Part shown: positions 27,403 to 32,000 of the stretch, piece by piece
How the letters are laid out: each line of letters starts with the position of its first letter
Position numbering within the stretch: position 1 is the stretch's first letter
DNA from: Micrococcus luteus NCTC 2665
GTDB taxonomy: Bacteria; Actinomycetota; Actinomycetes; Actinomycetales; Micrococcaceae
Reading direction: 5' to 3'
NCBI RefSeq assembly: GCF_000023205.1
Contig: NC_012803.1
Coordinates: forward strand, 1,560,001 to 1,592,000
DNA: 32,000 bases
Position numbers and translations under genes: made by a program
Notes under the pieces: generated by a model
Databases searched by the model: none
The model's input: the letters and a program-made list of their open reading frames with translations, nothing else
Told to the model about the DNA's origin: nothing

Positions 27403-28739
27403 GCACCGATCCCTACGTCCCGGGCGTCGGCACCGACGCCGCCACCGTCGAGCACATCGCGCTGGACCTCGACGTGCGCCTGGCCGCGAACCGGGTCTCC
27501 GGCACCGCCGTCCTGCGCGTGCGCCTGGCGAAGCAGAGCCGCCGCATCGAACTGGACCTGCACCGGCTGCGCGTCTCCCGGGTGGCCGCCGTCGTCGACG
27601 GCCGCGCCATCGCCTCCTCGTTCACCCAGCCGGGCCGCGCCCCGAGTCGCCTCGTCGTCGACCTGGGCGAGAGCCTGCCGGAGGGCACGCTCGTGGAGCT
27701 CACCGTGGTCTACGCGGGCACGCCCACGCTGCGGCGCAGCCCGTGGGGCACGATCGGCTGGGAGGAGCTCACGGACGGCGTGCTCGTGGCCGGGCAGCCC
27801 CACGGCGCCTCCACGTGGCTGCCGTGCGTGGACTCCCCCACCTCACGCTCGACGGCGGAGATCACCCTCACCTGCGATGCGGGCTACCTGCCCGTCGCCA
27901 ACGGCGTGGGCGCACCCGTGCGCACGCGCGGCTCGCGGGTCACGTGGCGGTGGCGGCTCGACCAGCCCGTGCCCGCCTACCTGCTCAGCGTGCAGATCGG
28001 CCGCTACCGGCTCGTGGACGCCGCCCCTCCCGCCGAGGGCCTGCCGGCGCTGCGCCTCGTGGTCTCCCCGCGGACCGAGCAGCGGGCCCGCCGGGCCCTC
28101 GCCCCCCAGCCGGCCATGATGGCCACGTTCATCGACGCCTACGGGCCGTACCCGTTCGAGGACTACACCGCGGTCGTGGCCGACGAGGAGCTCGAGATCC
28201 CGCTCGAGGCCGCGGGCATGTCCCTGTTCGGCACCAACCACCTGGACGGCTCGTGGGAGTCCGAGCGGCTGATCGCCCACGAGATGTCCCACCAGTGGTT
28301 CGGCAACGCCGTGACCCTGGGCCGCTGGTCCGACCTGTGGCTGCACGAGGGCTTCGCCTGCTGGTCCGAGTGGCTGTGGGCCGAGGCCTCGGGGCGGTCC
28401 AGCATCACCTCGATGGCGCGGCGGGCCTGGCAGAAGCTGGCCGCGCACCCGGTGGAGCAGGCGCTGGCCGAGCCCGGGCCGGAGGAGATGTTCGAGGACT
28501 GGGTGTACAAGCGCGGCGCGCTCACCGTGGAGGCGCTGCGGCAGCTGCTCGGCGCGGACCTCTTCGGCTCCATGCTGCGCGCCTGGGTGCGGGAGCACCG
28601 GTTCGGCACCGTCGACTCCCTGGGGCTGCGCACGCACGTGCACGCGTGGGCCCCGCACGCCGGGGTGAGCCGGGCACAGGTGGACGAGCTCTTCGACGCG
28701 TGGACGCTGCGGCCCGCCCTGCCGCCGTTCCCGGGCTGA
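27399..28739 (+). CDS. short M1-family zinc metallopeptidase (446 aa)
   Basis: Its ATG overlaps the pls-like TGA (ATGA). It has HEMSH-X18-E (28278-28349, within HEMSHQWFGNAVTLGRWSDLWLHEGFA) and the catalytic-Tyr context WVYKRG. AGMSL stands where GxMEN is expected. There is no N-terminal signal or TM segment, and the large C-terminal domain of aminopeptidase N is absent. Confidence 0.85.
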   Translation: MSTDPYVPGVGTDAATVEHIALDLDVRLAANRVSGTAVLRVRLAKQSRRIELDLHRLRVSRVAAVVDGRAIASSFTQPGRAPSRLVVDLGESLPEGTLVELTVVYAGTPTLRRSPWGTIGWEELTDGVLVAGQPHGASTWLPCVDSPTSRSTAEITLTCDAGYLPVANGVGAPVRTRGSRVTWRWRLDQPVPAYLLSVQIGRYRLVDAAPPAEGLPALRLVVSPRTEQRARRALAPQPAMMATFIDAYGPYPFEDYTAVVADEELEIPLEAAGMSLFGTNHLDGSWESERLIAHEMSHQWFGNAVTLGRWSDLWLHEGFACWSEWLWAEASGRSSITSMARRAWQKLAAHPVEQALAEPGPEEMFEDWVYKRGALTVEALRQLLGADLFGSMLRAWVREHRFGTVDSLGLRTHVHAWAPHAGVSRAQVDELFDAWTLRPALPPFPG

Positions 28740-28757
28740 CGCGGCCGCGCGGTCGAC

Positions 28758-29378
28758 TCAGCGGCCCCGCAGCGCCAGCGCCCCGACGAGACCGCCCGGC
28801 AGCCGGTCGGTGAGGTCCACCAGCACGACGTCGGCCGGCACGGTCAGCGCGTCGACGGCGGCGGGGTCGCCGGTGAAGCCGGTGCCGACGGCCTTCACGA
28901 GCGCCTCCTTGCGCGTCCACAGCCGGGCCCGCGCGGCGGGCCTCTCGGGGCCGGGAAGCTCCCGCACCCGGGCGCGCTCCGCCGTCGAGAAGCCCACCCC
29001 GCCCAGGCCGTCCTCGTCCGCGAAGGCCGCGGCGTCCGCCCGCTCGACGTCCACCCCGAGGCCGAGCCCGTCGGCGGGCCGTGCCGGCGCCCACCACGCC
29101 CCGATCCGTGCCCGGTCCTCGGCGCCGGGCATCCGGACGTGCGTGAACGAGACGAGGGCGACCCGGCCGGGGGGCAGGCCGGTCAGCGCGGGGGCGCCGT
29201 GCGCGGCCGAGCCGCAGCCCGCGCAGGCGTGCCGGAGCCCGAGCGGCCCCACCGGCACGCCCCAGGCCGCCGTCAGGGCGGTGCGCACCTGACCGAGCAG
29301 CGCGGAGACGGCGTCGGCCGCCCCCGCCGAGGCGGGGACGGCCGATGTCAGGCCCCACGGGCCGGTCGCGGCGGACAC
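28758..29378 (-). CDS. Sfp-type 4'-phosphopantetheinyl transferase
   Basis: 206 aa from GTG 29378, which is 2 nt after the pheT TGA. These are the last 206 codons of the 998-aa track ORF. Motifs are GVDVE (29043-29057), WTRKEALVKA (28890-28919) and CAGCGSAAHGAP (the HGxP region). Confidence 0.75.
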   Translation of the reverse strand: MSAATGPWGLTSAVPASAGAADAVSALLGQVRTALTAAWGVPVGPLGLRHACAGCGSAAHGAPALTGLPPGRVALVSFTHVRMPGAEDRARIGAWWAPARPADGLGLGVDVERADAAAFADEDGLGGVGFSTAERARVRELPGPERPAARARLWTRKEALVKAVGTGFTGDPAAVDALTVPADVVLVDLTDRLPGGLVGALALRGR

Positions 29379-29380
29379 GG

Positions 29381-31960
29381 TCAGCGCTGGACCGCCCCGT
29401 GCCGCTGCGCCGCGAGCGCGGTGGCCGCGGCGCGGGCCTCGGAGACCTCCTCCGCGGTGAGCGTGCGGTCGGGGGCGCGGAAGCGCAGGGAGAACGCGAG
29501 GGACTTCCGCCCCTCCGGCACGCCCGCGCCCCGGTAGACGTCGAACAGCTCGACGGCCTCGAGCAGCTCCCCGGCGCCCTCGGCGAGGGTCGCGCGCACG
29601 TCCCCGGCCACGACGGCCTCGTCCACCACGAGCGCCACGTCCTGCGTGCTCACGGGGAACGTGGACAGCGGTGCGGCGACCACGATCTCGGCGGCCGCGG
29701 CGCACAGCGCGTCCAGGTCCAGCTCCCACACGCTCGTGCGGGCGGGCAGGTCCTCGGCCTCGAGCCACTGCGGGTGCAGCTCGCCGGCCACGCCCACCAC
29801 CCGGTCCCCGTGCTCGGTCACGACGACGAGCTCGGCCACCCGGCCCGGGTGGAACGCGTGGTGCCGGCCCTGCCGGACGGTCAGCTCGACGCCGAGGACG
29901 TCGGCCACGTCGAGGGCTCCGGCGACCGCGTCCTGCCAGTCCACCGGGCGGGGGTCGTGGTCCGGCCCGGGCGCCGAGTCGTGCCCGGCGTACAGACCGG
30001 CCACGTGCCACGGCTGGGCAGGGATGCCGGCCTCGAGGTCGGCCAGGACCTCGGCGGAGGGGTGGACCGCGCGCGGCGGGATCGTCGCCGAGCCCAGCTG
30101 CGCGCCGGGCAGGAAGACCAGCCCCATCTCGTACAGCGCCAGATCGCGGAAGCCGCGTCCGAGGTTGCGGCGCGCGGTCTCGACGAGGCCCGGCAGCAGC
30201 GACAGACGCAGGTGCCGGTACTGGGAGGCGATCGGATTGGCCAGGGCCACCATCGCCAGGGCCTGGCCCTGCGCGTCCGAGTCCGCCCCGAAACGCCGGT
30301 TCTGCTCTTCGGAGACGAACGGGTAGGCGAGCACCTCGGTGAGACCTGCGGCCGCGAGCGCGGCCGACACGCGGCGACGCTGGGCCTGGCGGCGGGTGAA
30401 GCCGCGGCCCGGCGGGGCCACGGGCACCACGGAGGGGATCGCGTCGTAGCCGCGCAGGCGCGCGACCTCCTCGGCGAGGTCCTCGGGGATGCGCAGGTCG
30501 GTGCGCCACGACGGGGCGGTCACGGTCAGCCGCGGGGCGGCGCCGTCGGCGGCCTCGGTGACCCTCACCTCGGCGCCCAGGGCCCGCAGCGTCTCCACGA
30601 CCTCGTCGGTCGTGTACGCCACACCCACCAGGGCGGAGGGGAAGTCGGCGGCCATCTCGACGACGGCCGGCTCCGGCCGCGTCCCGACGTCGGTGACCCC
30701 GGGCTCGGCGGTGCCGCCGGCGAGCTCGACGAGCAGCTGGACGGCCCGCTCGGCCGCCTCGTCGGCGACCTCCCAGTCGACGCCGCGCTCGTTGCGCTTC
30801 GACGCCTCCGAGGGCAGGCGGTGTCGGCGCCGCGTTCGCGCGATCGACACGGGGTCGAAGTTCGCGGACTCGACCACGATCGTGGTGGTGGCGTCCGTGA
30901 CCTCGGTGGCGGCCCCGCCCATGACGCCCGCGAGGCCGATGGGGCCGGAGTCGTCCGCGATGAGCAGGTCCTCGGGGTCGAGCTCGCGCTCCTTGCCGTC
31001 GAGGGTGGTCAGGGTCTCTCCGGCCCGCGCGCGGCGCACCACGATCTCGCCGGAGAGCGTGTCCGCGTCGTAGAAGTGCAGGGGCTGGCCCAGCTCCCAC
31101 ATCACGTAGTTGGAGATGTCCACCGGCAGGGAGATGGTGCGGATGCCGGCCAGGCGCAGGCGCGCGGCCAGCCACGGCGGGGTCGGACGGGTCGCGTCCA
31201 CGCCGGAGACCGTGCGGGCCACGAAGCGGGTGGCCCCGGGCTCGCCGTGGATCGGCGCGTCGTCGGCGATCCGGACGGCCGGGCCGGCGTCGTCGGCCGC
31301 GGGCGGGTGGATGGCCGCGGCCGGGTCCGTGAAGGGCACGCCGGTGGCGTGCGCGTACTCGCGTGCGACGCCGCGCATCGAGAACGCGTAGCCGCGGTCG
31401 GGCGTCACGTTGATCTCGGCGGCCTCGCCGTGCAGGTCCAGGACGTCCCGGGCGTCGGTGCCCGGCTCGGGGTCGAGCCCGAGGTCGCCGAGCACGATGA
31501 TCCCGTCCGTGCCGTCGTCGCCCATGCCCAGCTCCGTGCTGGAGGCGATCATGCCGGCCGAGACGTGGCCGTAGGTCTTGCGGGGGCTGATGCGGAAGTC
31601 GCCGGGCAGCACCGCGCCGGGCAGGGTCACGACGACCTTGTCCCCGACCTCGAAGTTGTGGGCGCCGCACACGATGCCCTGCACGCCGGAGGGCTCGATG
31701 CCCTCGCCGGTGAGCGGCTGCTCGGCGCCCTCGGGCACCACCCGCACGGAGCACCAGTTGATGGTCTTGCCGTTCTTCTGCGGCTCGGGCTCCTTGGAGA
31801 GCACCTGCCCGACGACGATCGGGCCCTGCAGCTCGGCGGCCGGACGGTGGACGTCCTCCTCCTCGAGGCCGACGCGGACGAGGTCGGCCATCACGTCCTC
31901 GGCACGGTGCTCCGCGGGCACGGGGACGAACTCCCGCAGCCAGTCCAGGGGGATGCGCAT
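29381..31960 (-). CDS. pheT: phenylalanine--tRNA ligase beta subunit
   Basis: 859 aa. N-terminal MRIPLDWLREF, a tRNA-binding (OB) domain, B3/4 and B5 regions, and a C-terminal ferredoxin-fold anticodon-binding domain (KSLAFSLRFRAPDRTLT). Confidence 0.95.
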   Translation of the reverse strand: MRIPLDWLREFVPVPAEHRAEDVMADLVRVGLEEEDVHRPAAELQGPIVVGQVLSKEPEPQKNGKTINWCSVRVVPEGAEQPLTGEGIEPSGVQGIVCGAHNFEVGDKVVVTLPGAVLPGDFRISPRKTYGHVSAGMIASSTELGMGDDGTDGIIVLGDLGLDPEPGTDARDVLDLHGEAAEINVTPDRGYAFSMRGVAREYAHATGVPFTDPAAAIHPPAADDAGPAVRIADDAPIHGEPGATRFVARTVSGVDATRPTPPWLAARLRLAGIRTISLPVDISNYVMWELGQPLHFYDADTLSGEIVVRRARAGETLTTLDGKERELDPEDLLIADDSGPIGLAGVMGGAATEVTDATTTIVVESANFDPVSIARTRRRHRLPSEASKRNERGVDWEVADEAAERAVQLLVELAGGTAEPGVTDVGTRPEPAVVEMAADFPSALVGVAYTTDEVVETLRALGAEVRVTEAADGAAPRLTVTAPSWRTDLRIPEDLAEEVARLRGYDAIPSVVPVAPPGRGFTRRQAQRRRVSAALAAAGLTEVLAYPFVSEEQNRRFGADSDAQGQALAMVALANPIASQYRHLRLSLLPGLVETARRNLGRGFRDLALYEMGLVFLPGAQLGSATIPPRAVHPSAEVLADLEAGIPAQPWHVAGLYAGHDSAPGPDHDPRPVDWQDAVAGALDVADVLGVELTVRQGRHHAFHPGRVAELVVVTEHGDRVVGVAGELHPQWLEAEDLPARTSVWELDLDALCAAAAEIVVAAPLSTFPVSTQDVALVVDEAVVAGDVRATLAEGAGELLEAVELFDVYRGAGVPEGRKSLAFSLRFRAPDRTLTAEEVSEARAAATALAAQRHGAVQR

Positions 31961-31963
31961 GGA

Positions 31964-32000
31964 TCAGACCTCCATTCCGAAGTGCTGGGAGAAGCGGACG
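31964..32000 (-). CDS. pheS: phenylalanine--tRNA ligase alpha subunit, C-terminal 11 codons only
   Basis: Revcomp reads ...VRFSQHFGMEV-stop, ending 3 nt before the pheT ATG. This is the canonical pheS-pheT arrangement. Confidence 0.7.
   Translation of the reverse strand, partial: VRFSQHFGMEV

Noticed and set aside
29379-31754. Upstream ~790 aa of the 998-aa minus-strand ORF (28758-31754)
   Set aside because: It overlaps pheT in another frame and is Arg/Gly/Pro-rich. Only the terminal 206 codons, from GTG 29378, show PPTase motifs.

Overview
This is 32 kb of very GC-rich actinobacterial chromosome. From memory (no search was possible), the 16S sequence and the 223-aa Rpf protein match Micrococcus luteus, and the layout fits what I recall of the NCTC 2665 (Fleming) genome. 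Most genes are on the minus strand. From right to left the window holds: pheS (partial) and pheT, followed by a tightly coupled Sfp-type PPTase. Next, on the plus strand and convergent with the PPTase, come a quinone oxidoreductase, a 1335-aa Pls-type single-module NRPS (A-T, six TM segments, three tandem C-terminal domains) and an ATGA-coupled short M1 metallopeptidase. Then come argCJBDFR, rpf (plus strand, long structured leader), an ISL3-family IS, argGH, a HelD-like helicase and tyrS. Last is an rrn operon (three tandem promoters, boxA, 16S, ITS, partial 23S) whose 16S gene is split by a second, apparently identical copy of the same IS. The main candidate for a novel system is the pls-like synthetase / M1 peptidase / PPTase trio. 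It sits inside the otherwise conserved actinobacterial pheST-argCJBDFRGH block. The hand-derived A-domain code DAESIGTVVK suggests a basic (Lys-like) substrate, so the product may be a cationic homopoly(amino acid). To my knowledge no such polymer has been described for Micrococcus. CDS coordinates are anchored to the ORF track. Hand-read non-coding coordinates may be off by 1-2 nt.
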